A DNA stretch of 64,000 nt from Eledone cirrhosa (lineage: Eukaryota), in the NCBI GenBank assembly GCA_964016885.1, contig OZ024742.1:70060001-70124000 (forward strand). Reading direction: 5' to 3'. Under the pieces are notes generated by a model. It searched no databases, was not told where the DNA came from, and saw only the letters and a program-made list of their open reading frames with translations. Of this stretch, positions 39,930-53,079 are shown piece by piece; positions within the stretch are counted from its first letter, which is position 1; each line of letters starts with the position of its first letter. The translations under genes and the position numbers were made by a program.

Positions 39930-41380
39930 GAAGCAACCTCACAGGAAGATTCGGCCTACCTCACACACAATCCCACATTACTCAGCATACCAAAAGCAAG
40001 CTATTTTTCCTAGGTTTTGCCACCAACCTGCAGTCGTATAATTAATGTAGGCACAGCAATTTCGCAACTCTCATCCAACTTTCATAGAATTTAGTGAAAC
40101 GCAGCAACTCGCACTCCTTACAAGCCTTACCCTCCTTGACAAGCGGTACTTGAAAAGTTGATAAAGGCCTGTCCTGAGAGTAAAAGCACTGTCCCCAAAA
40201 GGTTTAATCATGTCCACCAAACAAATGTATTTGCCAATGTCGCTATGAAGAGGAAAACTACCCGCTTCTCCTTGCCAAAAGAAGGTGGTGAGATAATTTT
40301 CACAATAGATTTAGTTGGTACTCGGATCTATCCCGCATGTAACAACAGTTTTTTTACATAAACACACACATAAGCAATGCACGGACACTAAACGAATACA
40401 TGCAAGATCGTTTCGTCACTCTGATTCCGTTGCTAGCAACTCCAGTACAGCTATACCTGCAGAAATTCAGCTGGTCAGACACAACACTCGGGTAGCACCA
40501 CCAGTCACGTTTGAAAATTATCCGCAATTCTTAATTTCATTGTCTTCTAGAAGAGATTACATTGTTCGGCGGATTGAATGCAGTGCGAACCGAGTAGCTC
40601 AGTTAAACAAACGAAAGATGACCACATTTTTTGTATCGCCGTTATCGTTGTCCTTGAATCTCTGTAGCTGTATCATCCTCAACGTATACCTACATGTCAT
40701 CAGCGACGGAAGCTTAAGACGCCGCTGAAAGGAAAGTTAGCAGTGGATGAATATTCTAGCCAGCGAAATCTGTCTCTTCTTCAAGGAGCGAAAGAGTATG
40801 CTCTCCAATATGGTCAGATTTTTTCCTGGGAAAAGAATGTTGTAGACTTTAGTCACATCTGTCCGGTCTTTAACCCTTTTGATACCAAACCGCGAGGAAT
40901 CGTCCCTAATTCCTGTGATACAAAACTGTCTGTTTTAAAGTGTACATACTTATATTAAAGCCTTCCAGAAAATTAATTATATTTGTAAATTCCTTCAGAA
41001 TTTTTATTATTCTCAATATTAATTGAAATACATTGACGTTGTCCTTCATTAGAAATATGATAATAAAAGGGTTAATGAACAGCTTCTACTTAGCCCAGTT
41101 TTAGTGACAGCTTACCATGCTCACGACCTCTTCCCAGCGATATTTCATCTGGAGGTCTAGCCCAAATCATCCCCCCTACTACCAAGCAGTTAAATGTACC
41201 TTTGGTCCAGCAACAGAAGCCGCCATCCCGCATCAACTTACTTCTCCAGGTGCCCAGTTGCATTCTCACTGACTTATTTCGATCAATGCTTGATTCTGTT
41301 ATCTCTTCGTACTTACTCCCCTAGAATGGTGTCGACGACCTCGATTTCAGATACGTCCGACACCATGACCAGCGCCTATG
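39930..41380 (-). mobile_element. Fragmented Tx1/L1-clade LINE (pieces at 39930-40335 and 41100-41380)
   Basis: IVKIISPP..FVWWT..LSGQAFINF, and VMVSDVSEIEVV..YEEIT..RNKSV..FGLDLQ. Confidence 0.5.
40874..41071. mobile_element. piggyBac-like MITE
   Basis: TTAA|CCCTTTT ... AAAAGGG|TTAA. Confidence 0.6.
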
Positions 41381-41754
41381 TAGGAAAACCAATACTGAAA
41401 TAATGAATAAATGTAAAATAGTATTATTGTTGTTGGTATTCTTTTAATAAGACGGCGTTGTGATAGTGTGAAGTGTGTGACATATTCTTGTCCTTCCAGT
41501 CTACCGTAAATGATTGGTGATGAATGAGCTGAAAACTGAAGCGTGTCACGTGAGCGGCGCCGTCATAACTGGCATCACATGGCTGTAGTTGTTGTTGGTG
41601 GTGGAGGTACATGTGTGGGGCGTGATAAAGTGGCGATGGTCGAAGTTACCGTCGTCGAGTTGGTGGCTGTAAAGAGGTAGGGGGTAAAGCATGTGTAATG
41701 AAAAAAATAAATAGACACAGAAAATAGATAGACGGACAGACATATATATATATA

Positions 41755-41927
41755 CGTTATTCTGGGTTGAATCGGAGGTAACCACAGTAAGTAAGGTACT
41801 CAATACATAGCAGAGTATAAAAGTTTTAATATAGATGAGATTCTACAAGACTAGAACTGTTTCATTCTTTAGAAATCATCATGATGATTTCTAAAGAATG
41901 AAACAGTTCTAGTCCTGTAGAATCTCA

Positions 41928-41930
<3 letters not shown>
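41755..41930. mobile_element. Family-1 pLTR insert with a 98-bp palindrome (41833-41930) folded inside the hammerhead core
   Basis: Centre atcatca|tgatgat; 1 mismatch between arms; homologous to 34259-34516. Confidence 0.85.
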
Positions 41931-41966
<36 letters not shown>

Positions 41967-42065
41967 CTATCTATATATATATAACATTTTACACGTTTTT
42001 ATTGTATGTAAACTTCCCCCTTTGTATTTGTCCCCTTCTTTTGTGCCCCTGTGGCTAATAAAGAA

Positions 42066-42096
<31 letters not shown>

Positions 42097-42130
42097 CATA
42101 TATATACATATTTATACATATATATATATG

Positions 42131-42189
<59 letters not shown>

Positions 42190-42604
42190 TGAGAGAGAGT
42201 CAGGCAGATAAGCAGACTGACAGATATATAGATAGATAGATAAATAAATAGATAGATGTAGAGAAAATCGGAAAGGATTTAGAAACAAGATTTATTGATA
42301 GGTGGGAGGGGTAGGTTGAGATTAGAAGAGTGTTTAATAAAGGAGAGAGGGATAACATTGTGATAAGAGACGAAAGTCGGGATGAGGAGGGATAAATAGA
42401 GTAGAAGAAGGAAGAGTTGAAAGAAAATAAAGAGAAAGATAGATTAGTATAAGAGAAACGATCAGAGAGGAAACCGACAGGAGAGGATGGAAGGTACAGG
42501 CAAAGGGGGCTAAGATGTGTTTGAGGGGGAAGGATGAGTAGATGAAAAAGAGATGATAGAAAAAAGAGAATGAGAATAAAAAATACACCAAAAGAGAGAA
42601 ATGA

Positions 42605-44310
42605 TAATTATTTCTAACATTGCCACAAGGCCAGCAATTTGGGCGAAGAGGAAAGTCCATTATATTGAGCCAGAGTTTAACTGGTACTTTATTTTATCAA
42701 CCTCAGACGGATGAAAGGCAAAGTTGATCTCTGCAGGATTTGACCTGAGAATATATAAAACACAAAATAAACACTGTGTGGTATTTTTCGATGTTCTAAC
42801 GATCCCATAGAAAAATCGAAGCAGCATCAAGAGAAATAATTGCTTCTACTTTTGGCATAAAGCCAGCAATTTGAAGCGAAGGGAAAAGTCAATTAAGTTG
42901 ATCCCCAATACGTTACTGTTACATTATTTTATCGGCCTCGTAAGGATGAAAGGCATATCTAACCTAGGCAAGATTTGTACTCACAACGGCTGAAACTATA
43001 TGCCACAAAACTTGTTGACCAACGCTCTACCGATATTGCCAATCCATCGCCCTTTGGCTTCAAAATAAGGCACAAGACCAGCTATTTATGGGGCGAGGAA
43101 GACTATATCACCGACCCCAACATTTGACTACCCAGAAAGGTTGAAAAGCAAAGTTGACCTTGGCGGTGTTTGAACTCAGAACGTAAAGTGTCGTAACTAA
43201 ATGCTTCTTAACTTGGTTAGCACCGAAGATGCTTACGGGCACATATTGAAGTACCAGACTGCAGTATGCAGAGCAGAAGGTGACTGAAATCGTATGTTGC
43301 CCTGATCCTATCTGAGTAGCAACTTATCACCGCTTTACAGGTGATTTGTTCTTATCTATGTTATGCACAACGTTTTAAACATGTCTTAATATACAGTATT
43401 AGGGTTCTGCCTCAAACAGCATTTGCGATGGAGTGGCAGTATCGGTAGATCATCGGACACTACGCTTCGCGATATAGAGTTACGGCCCTTCACGTCATGT
43501 GTTCAAATACCGCCGAGGTTAACTTTGCCTTTCATCCTTACGGGGTCAATAAAATAAAGCACCAGTAATGCACTGGGATATTTGCTGGCCTGTGTCAAAA
43601 GTAGAAACAATTATTATTATATCTTCTTTGTTCTTCTTTGCTGTTGCTCGATGGACTGGGGGTCATCGTGGGTCAGCGATCCCAGAGGCATCATTGCGAG
43701 TAGAGCCGACCAGGTCTACCAGTTCCCTCCATACTAGCCCCTCAGCATCCTTCAAGGTGATGTCGAGCCTCTAGAGATCTTCCTTAATCACATCCATCCA
43801 TCTGGTACAGGGCTTCTTCCAGCCTCTAGCTGCTGCGTTGAACGAGAGTGAGATCCTGATAGGATGATCTGGCGGGAGGCGGAGGACATGTCTGTACCAG
43901 CGCATGCGGCGGATTGCTGAGGCGGGAGGCTGCAGGCTGATGCGTACGCGCACACAACTCTTTGTTGGAAACGTGGTGGTACTATCTGATGTTCTCGATG
44001 GTGCTCAGGGATCTACTATCGAAGCCATCGATCCTCTGTGTAGTCTTGGTTATAGAAAAAGACAAAATACATTTGTCCACAGGTCCGTTTGATGAGACCT
44101 GATCATTTATGAAGGTGATGGATTAGCAGAATCATTAGAGTGTCGGAGAAAATGCTTTGTCGTTCTTTACGTTCTGAGTTCAAATCCTACCGAGGTCTAC
44201 TTTGCCTTTCATCTTCTCCGGGGTCGATAAAATAAAGTGCTGGGATCGATTTAATCGACTTTCTCCTTCCCCTAAATGTGTTGGTCTTGTGCCAAAAATA
44301 ATTATTATCC
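42605..44310. mobile_element. Five Nin/Deu-type SINE copies (42605-43210 three on -, 43430-43620 +, 44113-44310 +)
   Basis: Family core repeated. Confidence 0.7.
43622..44050 (-). mobile_element. RTE-clade LINE 3' fragment
   Basis: RRMRWYRHVLRLPPDHP..PCTRWMDVIKEDL; (AAG)-rich tail. Confidence 0.65.
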
Positions 44311-45746
44311 TTTATCTTACGAGTCAATCGACATGTCTGTTGGTTATTGAGACATGGTTGAGCGAGGTCCCGAGAAAATGTCTTTACCATTGGCTCAGGT
44401 TCACCCAAGTCGAATGACGAAAATTAGGTAGATGAAAACTGTGTGGAAGCCTGTCGGATGGATTTTGCCTGTAATTCAAATGTCCGGCTTTGTCACATAT
44501 GATGTCCTGCTGATTCAGCTGGGAATTACATTAAGAGACCATGTGTCTGTGGAATACTCAACCATTTACACGTTAATTCAAGGGTTGGATGTTCAGTTGA
44601 ACAAATAACTGAATGCTCATCGTTGAAACCGACGGGGGACCCATCTTTTGTAGGTGTGATGCCTTTGTAAGAAAAAAAAATTATTATTGCTGTTATTACT
44701 ATCGACATCGTTGTCGTTTTTATCATCATCAGTAATATATTGTTTTGAAATACGGAAGTGATGCAAACACATATTTTCTTTTCCTGACAATTATTCAACT
44801 ATTTAATCTAACTTAGCTCTCAACTTAAAATGAAATGAATAATTCAGACGAATTGTATGAATTTTGAATGAGGACCAAATTGTTAGTCTTACCTAGCCCA
44901 CACTTTCCCCCGCAGCATAAAATTAAGATTCTTTACTTAGAATACGATATTTAAAACAAAAAACAATAGAATGTTGGTGTGGTGTGATATAGTAGGAAAC
45001 ATTGCCTGGTTTTGCCAGTGGTAGTGGTTTAAACACATGTCTGCGGTAAATTATTACACTTAGATCCATCCATACAATCCCAACCGTGTAGCATACTAAT
45101 AATATACCAGTAAATTATATGATGAACGTCTTTCATAGATATGGCTGTAGCCAGTGACCCATGCCCGTCACAACACTAGATCATGACAAGCATTTGTATT
45201 TAGCAAGACTAATGAGGGGATTGACGCACGGTCGCTGTCAACTTTCAGATGATTTGTCGCAGTTGGATGACTCGCTGGCTGGTTGGCTAGCGTTGTTAGA
45301 GTTGCCTGTTCGGCGGGAGAAGCACATCGATTTGATGATGTGTTTAGTGAGATACACGTTGTTAGAACTAAGTAGAGGACGGCTTTAGAATCACTGTAAA
45401 GAATTGCCGTAAAAATGCCAGTGTGTAATATAATTTCACCCTAGATGAAAAGTGAGAGAAAGAAGAGAAAGAACGGTGGGTATTGGGTAAAGTTTCTATT
45501 TAGAACCAATTTGTCAACAACTCAACAACTCTTTATTAAAATCGCGGTCAGCAGAAGTTCGAACAAGTTTCACAAAACCGCTTTTTTTTTTAAATATCTG
45601 CCTCGTACACATCTATAAGTACCAGAACTTATAGGCACACATGTGCTCGCACCCACAACCACACACAGACATACACACACACATACATACATACATACAT
45701 ACATACATACATACATACATACATACATACATACATACATACATAC

Positions 45747-45888
45747 AAATGGCTGCGATAGCTGGCACCTTCAAAATTTGCAAAACATTCTTGCGATTCA
45801 AGGGATGACAATTTCTTTTCTTTTACAACCTTGCCACCAGGAAGGTGGCCGGTCAAAAATATACTCGAAATTAAGAGAAAGAGATAAC
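45747..45888 (+). mobile_element. Short 3'-end copy of the (TACA)n-associated R4/Dong LINE
   Basis: Near-identical to 2083-2195; (TACA)n on both sides. Confidence 0.85.
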
Positions 45889-46179
45889 ACATACATACAT
45901 ACATACATGATGGCTGCCCCCTCGTTATCGAGTATGGCCATTGCACGAGGAGAAAAAAATAAATAAATTAATAAATAAATAAAAAATAAAATAAAAATAA
46001 AAAAAAAGAAATATATATATATATATATACACACATATATATATATATATATATATACATACACTACATACACACATACATACACATATACACACACACA
46101 CATATACACACACGCATACATTAATAACAATAATAATAATAATAATAATAACAACAATAATAATAACGACAACAACAAT

Positions 46180-46372
46180 AATAATTGTTTCTACTTTAGG
46201 CACAAGGCCAGCAATTATCCAGTGCATTACTGGTACTTTATTTTATCGACCCCGTAAGGATGAAAGGCAAAGTAAACCTCGGCGGGATTTGAACTCAGAT
46301 CGTAAAGGGACGTAACTATGCTGGAAAGCATGGCGTCAAACCCTCTACCGATACTGCCAATCCACCACCCTC
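46180..46372 (-). mobile_element. Nin/Deu-type SINE inserted in the RTE 3'UTR
   Basis: Full family match. Confidence 0.85.
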
Positions 46373-46465
46373 AACAACAATAATAATATACATATACATA
46401 TATATATATACACATACACGCACACACATAAGCATATCTATACATACACACACGCACGATAGCAA

Positions 46466-49400
46466 CTAACAGCGCTGCGATCGAATGTAGCTTTTCAGCC
46501 CAGCCAATGATCTAAAATGTCTTGCACAGAGTCGGCAACCAAAACATTCACTGGGAATAGTCGGCTGTGGTTGGAGTTCGTGTACTTTTGCATGTCGCTT
46601 GAGCTCTCCTGCTGATTTACATTCTCTACCACATGTTTGGCAAGCATGATGAGTAGCACCTCCAACAGCAGCCTGGTAGTCAACCACTGGTCTTACTTTA
46701 TGACTGCGAAGATGACTTTCGAGTCCAGCTTTGCTTAGGCAGAGTCTCGCACATACGCTGCATGTCAGCACCATAGGAGGACCCTCGCCGTCTGGAAGTG
46801 CAACAGCAATGCCCTTCCTCACATCCCGCTTTACTTTCTCGTATGCGATTCGAGATGCCTCAAAGGCAACTTTTCCCTCATATACAGTCTTTCTCCATTT
46901 ATTACGATCAGCAGCAATATTTTCCCATGTACCAGCAGAGATGTTAGCGTCTTTCAGAGAGGCTTTCAAGGAATCCTTATACCTCTTTTTTGGTTTATGT
47001 GGCGGTCGTTTTCCTTTGACCAACTCTCCATAAAAGAGTTGTTTTGGTATTCTAGAATCCTTCATCCTGGCAAGCAAGGTGACCACTCCAACGGAGTCGT
47101 TGCTTAAGCACAAGAGCTTCTATACTGTCACACATAGAGCTTTCCAAAATCTCGACATCGCTGATGTGGTCCCTCCAGTGAACGCCATGGATCCGTCTGA
47201 GACACATCTGATGGAAACGCTCCAATTGCTTAAGGTGGTGTCGATATGTGACCCAGGTCTCGCAGGCATAAAGAAGACAAGAGAGCACACATGCCCTATA
47301 CACCTTTACCTTTGTCCTCCTGCATATATCTCGCCGACCCCAGAGTCGCCTTTCTAGCTTTCCGAAAGCATCACTTGCTTTCCTAATCCTAAGTGAGATT
47401 TCACTGTCAAGGTTGCTGTATCGATTGACAGTGCTTCCCAGGTAGACAAACTGATCAACCACTCCAAGTCGTTTGCCATACACATAGATGTTTGGTTCAG
47501 TGTACTGCTTACCAGGGACAGGTTGGTACATGACGACGGTTTTCTTGGGACTGACAGTCAAACCTAGGGCAGTGCAAGCGTCAGAAAATGTATTCAAAAT
47601 GTGCTGCATATCACTCTCTGTGTGCGCTACAAGATCGCAATCATCTGCATACAAGAGGTCTCTTATGATTGATGTAAATACCTTTGTCTTCGCAGCAAAG
47701 CGCTTGATGTTAAATATGCTGCCTGAGGTTCGATATCGGATGTAAACACCATGCTCGCAATTCCTGAATGCAATACAGAAAACCATTGCAAAGTATATGG
47801 CAAACAGGGTCGGTGCTGGAATATCCCCCTGTTTCACTCCATTTTTTACTGAGATAGGCTCCGACATGTTACCTCCGACATTAACCCAAGCCTTCATATC
47901 GTCATGGAAAGACCTAACTAAATCAAGGAACTTATCAGGGAAACCAAGTTTCTGGAGAACCTTCCATAATGCATCTCTGTTAACAGTATCGAAAGCTTTT
48001 GTCAGATCGACAAAAACCTGATACAGATCCAAGCCTTGTTCCATGCACTTCTCCTGGAGCTGTCTAGCTGAGAAGATCATATCAGTAGTGCCGCATCCAG
48101 CACGAAAACCAGATTGACTTTCAGGAAGAACACAATCTGCAATGTGTGTCAGCAGACGGTCCAGAAGCACCCTACATAAAACTTTCTCTACGACAGAAAG
48201 CAATGATATACCTCTGTAGTTCCCACAATCATTCCTGTTACCCTTTCCCTTGTACAAGACCACCATTACTGCATCTCTCCAGTCCTCAGGTACGGATTCA
48301 TTAGCCCATATCCTGCCAAACAAAGAGTGAAGATGTTGCAGGAGTCTCTCACCACCATATTGTAGAAGCTCAGCATGTATGCCATCCATACCTGGAGATC
48401 TTCCACTGTTCAGCTTCGAAATAGCCACTGCAACCTCCACAAGCGTCGGAGGTTCTGCGAGAGCTACTTTCACAGGACTTTCTGGAATGAGATTGAGGAA
48501 ATCTTCACTGACGACAGACGGCTGATTCAAAAGATCATCAAAGTGCTCTCGCCACCTTCGTAGAATTCCTTGTGAGTCACGAAGAAGTTCTTTGCCATCC
48601 TTGCTGCGAAGCGGTGTCACCAGAGAAGAACACGGTCCATAAACCTCACGCAAGAGACTGTACAACAGCTTTGTGTTATTGGAATCTGACGCAGTTTGTA
48701 TCTCACCACCCTTCTCACTCCACCACTGATCCATCATCTGAGAAAGACTCCGCCTAACACGTGATTTTACATCCCTGAGTTCCTCATGCAACGTATTCCT
48801 CTCCTGTGGTTTTGCCGTCAAGTAGCATGACAGAGCACGCCTCTTATCAGCCAACAAGTATTCTATATGTACATCATTCTCATTAAACCAGTCCTGATGT
48901 TTTCTCTGCACCAATCCCAGAACACGCCTGCCTACATCATAAACCGACTTTTTAAGGGTCGGCCAATCCTCACCAAGATCTGCAGCCTGCATCTCTTCTT
49001 CCAATGTCCTCTTCACATTTTTATCCTTAAGACGAGCAGCATTCAATCTTTTGGGCAGGGCAACACCAGGAGCCCGGATTTTACGTTTAGTGATTAGTTT
49101 CAGTTTTGCGCGTACCAGGCGGTGGTCCGTCCAGCACTCAGCTCCACGAAGAACACGAACACACTGCACATCCTGTCTGTCACGCATCCTGACTAGGACG
49201 TAGTCCAAAAGATGCCATTCCTTAGATGCAGGATGCATCCATGTGGTCTTGAATTTGTTCTTTTGTTGGAACATGGTGTTGGTAACACACAGATCCAGCT
49301 CCTCACACATCTGCAGCAGGAGCATACCATTGTTGTTACACTTTCCCACCCCATGCCTTCCGATTACATTCCATGTGTAAAAAATCTCTACCCACTCTAG

Positions 49401-50016
49401 CATTAAAGTCACCAAGCACGATGACTTTGTCTACCTGAGGGATATTTCTTAAAACACCTTTCAAGGCATGGTAAAAGGACACTTTTTCTTCATCGACAGA
49501 ATTCATAGTTGGAGCATACACACTCACCAGGGTAGCATATCTTCCCTTGTCCAGCGGAACTCTCATGGACATAAGACGCTCACTAATCCCTACTGGGAAT
49601 TCTTCTAATTTATTCACAAGTACAGTCTTAACAACAAATCCTACCCCAGCCTCTCTTCTGGTTCCTTCATCTCTTCCTTTCCAGAAGAATGTATATTCTC
49701 CACAAAATTCTGTAAGATGACCATCTCCAGCTAACCTCGTCTCAGATAAAGCCACGATGTCAAGATCGTAACGTCGAAGCTCCTTTGCAACAAGAGCGGT
49801 CCTTCGTTCAGGACGCTCCAAGGAATTCCTGTCAAGCAGCGTCCGTACGTTCCAGCAGCCAAGACTAAATGCCTTGTTTGGCTCTATTACAATGGCACGG
49901 TGACGAGCGGGCCCAGGCTGTGATAACCTGGGGCCCCTGCCTTTATTGCCAATGATCTTTTTTGTTCCAGAACCTAAATTGCCAATTATCTCTTTTATAT
50001 TGTTCTGGAACATCAT
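46466..50016 (-). pseudogene. RTE ORF: APE endonuclease + reverse transcriptase + three C2H2 zinc fingers, broken by two frameshifts
   Basis: WNVRTL, LSETR, VYAPT, GDFNA, LDY, TDH (APE); NYRGISLLS, DLTKAFD, GVKQG, YADD, YLGS (RT); frameshifts at ~49380 (T6 run) and ~47075 (CTTG duplication). Confidence 0.93.
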
Positions 50017-50025
50017 TGAATTGGT

Positions 50026-50056
<31 letters not shown>

Positions 50057-50433
50057 TAATAATAGTAATAATAATAATAATAATAGTACACTATTAATAA
50101 TTATTAATGCACTCGTGTAATGCCTGTGCGTGACGAATATTTTTAAAGTGAGGAAAGACTGTGCACTGAGCCAATCCCACTCTCTGAGCGACAGTAGCTA
50201 TAACCCGAAAAGAAGAAAAGATCAACATCATCGGTAACTACTGAGCCGCAGGTTTTATGTCGGAGTTAACCCAGTTTCCTGAGATGCCTTCTCCTAGAAG
50301 AATGTCCTGACAAGGGCTAGGGGTTCTTCACTCCCTGTGGTTTAACTGCGCGATCGGGAATCCAGCCCGATTATTTCTATGTCCCCGCGCAAAAAAAAAA
50401 CATACATACATACATACATACATACATCCATAC

Positions 50434-51037
50434 ATGGTGGCTGCCAACTCGTTTTCGAGTACGGTCACTACTTTATATCCATGTAGGAGAACCCCTACCG
50501 ATGCGCTGAACGAGTGTGACTTTTTCGTCCAGCCAGCGACTTGAAAACTCTGGTACAAACACTACACTTGTGACAATTATTGACACATAGTGCTGGGCCC
50601 ATGGTACCATGTGACAAGTGCAAAGAGATCTCCAGATATAAAGCAATGCCTGTGCGGTGAAGCTTTTATAGTGAGCAAAGGCACTGCACAAAGCCAGTCC
50701 CACTCTCTTAACCAAGATGATATTTACCAAAAAGAAGAACACGTCAACATCATTGGATACCATCAGGGTTGCAGGTGTTATATCAGAATTTTCCTTCTAG
50801 AATTCTGCCTTGACAAAGGATAAGGGATCATCTCTCCCGGTGATTTTGAATGGCCATTGACTCTTAAGAGCTCCTTTGCCCTTTGACAGGTTTTGTTTTT
50901 AGTACTGCAGGATGTCCAAAGTCACGCTCCTCACCAAAAGACCTTGGTGGGGTTGCCAGTTTAGTCGCCAACGACCCGACCATGGGACAGGTTGTACTGG
51001 AATACATGTTACCAGTAGCACCAAGTGGTGACCTGAC
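50434..51037 (-). mobile_element. Bipartite RTE derivative, copy B
   Basis: As copy A. Confidence 0.85.
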
Positions 51038-51324
51038 ATATTATATATACACACATATATACATACATATACATACATACATACATATATATATATATAC
51101 ATACATACATACATATACATACATACATACATACATACATACACATATATATACACACATACATATACATATACATACACATATACATATATATACATAT
51201 ACATACACATACACATACATACATATACATACATACATATACATACATATACATATACATACACATAGACATACATATATACACACATATACATATATAC
51301 ATATACTTATATATATATATATAT

Positions 51325-51931
51325 ATGGTGGCTGCCAACTCGTTTTCGTGTACGGCCACTACTTTATATCCATGTAGGAGAACCCCTACCGATGCGCTGA
51401 ACGAGTGTGACTTTTTAGTCCAGCCAGCGACTTGAAAACTCTGGTACAAACACTACACTTGTGACAATTATTGACACATAGTGCTGGGCCCATGGTACGA
51501 TGTGACAAGTGCAAAGAGATCTCCAGATATAAAGCAATGCCTGTGCGGTGAAGCTTTTATAGTGAGCAAAGGCACTGCACAAAGCCAGTCCCACTCTCTT
51601 AACCAAGATGATATTTACCAAAAAGAAGAACACGTCAACATCATTTGATACCATCAGGGTTGCAGGTGTTATATCAGAGTTTTCCTTCTCCTAGAATTCT
51701 GCCTTGACAAAGGATAAGGGATCATCTCTCCCGGTGATTTTGGATGGCCATTGACTCTTAAGAGCTCCTTTGCCCTTTGACAGGTTTTGTTTTTAGTACT
51801 GCAGGATGTCCAAAGTCACCCTCCTCACCAAAAGACCTTGGTGGGGTTGCCAGTTTAGTCGCCAACGACCCGACCATGGGACAGGTTGTACTGGAATACA
51901 TGTTACCAGTAGCACCAAGTGGTGACCTGAC
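51325..51931 (-). mobile_element. Bipartite RTE derivative, copy C
   Basis: As copy A; shares diagnostic bases and flanking microsatellite with copy B. Confidence 0.85.
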
Positions 51932-51991
51932 ATATTATATATACACACATATATACATACATATACACACATACATATATATATATATACA

Positions 51992-52025
<34 letters not shown>

Positions 52026-52205
52026 CATACATACATACATACATACACATATATATACACACATACATATACATATACATACACATATACATATATATAC
52101 ATATACATACACATACATACATATACATACATACATATACATACATATACATATACATACACATAGACATACATATATACACACATATACATATATACAT
52201 ATACT

Positions 52206-52268
<63 letters not shown>

Positions 52269-52270
<2 letters not shown>

Positions 52271-52878
52271 GGTGGCTGCCAACTCGTTTTCGTGTACGGC
52301 CACTACTTTATATCCATGTAGGAGAACCCCTACCGATGCGCTGAACGAGTGTGACTTTTTCGTCCAGCCAGCGACTTGAAAACTCTGGTACAAACACTAC
52401 ACTTGTGACAATTATTGACACATAGTGCTGGGCCCATGGTACCATGTGACGACAAGTGCAGAGAGATCTCCAGATATAAAGCAATGCCTGTGCCGAGAAG
52501 CTTTTATAGTGAGCAAAGGCACTGCACAAAGCCAGTCCCACTCTCTTAACCAAGATGATATTTACGAAAAAGAAGAACAAGGCAACATCATTGGATACCA
52601 TCAGGGTTGCAGGTGTTATATCAGAGTTTTCCTTGTCCTAGAATTCTGCCTTGACAAAGGCTAAGGGGTCATCTCTCCCGGTGATTTTGGATGGCCATTG
52701 ACTCTTAAGAGCTCCTTTGCCCTTTGACAGGTTTTGTTTTTAGTCCTGCAGGATGTCCAAAGTCACCCTCCTCACCAAGAAACCTTGGTGGGGTTGTCAG
52801 TTTAGTCGCCAACGACCCGACCATGAGACAGGTTGCACTGGGATACACGTTACCAGTAGCACCAACTGGTGACCTGAC
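52269..52878 (-). mobile_element. Bipartite RTE derivative, copy D
   Basis: As copy A. Confidence 0.85.
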
Positions 52879-53079
52879 ATACATATATATATATACACAC
52901 ATATATATATATATACACATACATACATATATATATATATATACACATACATACATATATATATATATATACACATACATACATATATATATATATATAT
53001 ACGCATGCATACATACATACATACATACATACATACATACATACATACATACATACATACATACATACATACATACATA

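Larger units (their letters stand above)
45890..50390 (-). mobile_element. Near full-length RTE-clade LINE (5'UTR 50110-50390; ORF; 3' terminus 45890-45950 with (ATGT)n tail)
   Basis: UTRs homologous to the bipartite derivatives; 3'UTR interrupted by a ~510-bp SINE/microsatellite insert bounded by gcacga. Confidence 0.9.

Noticed and set aside
50434-52878. CRISPR-like appearance (constant unit with variable spacer)
   Set aside because: Units are 610-bp RTE derivatives and the spacers are microsatellites; eukaryotic DNA with no cas genes
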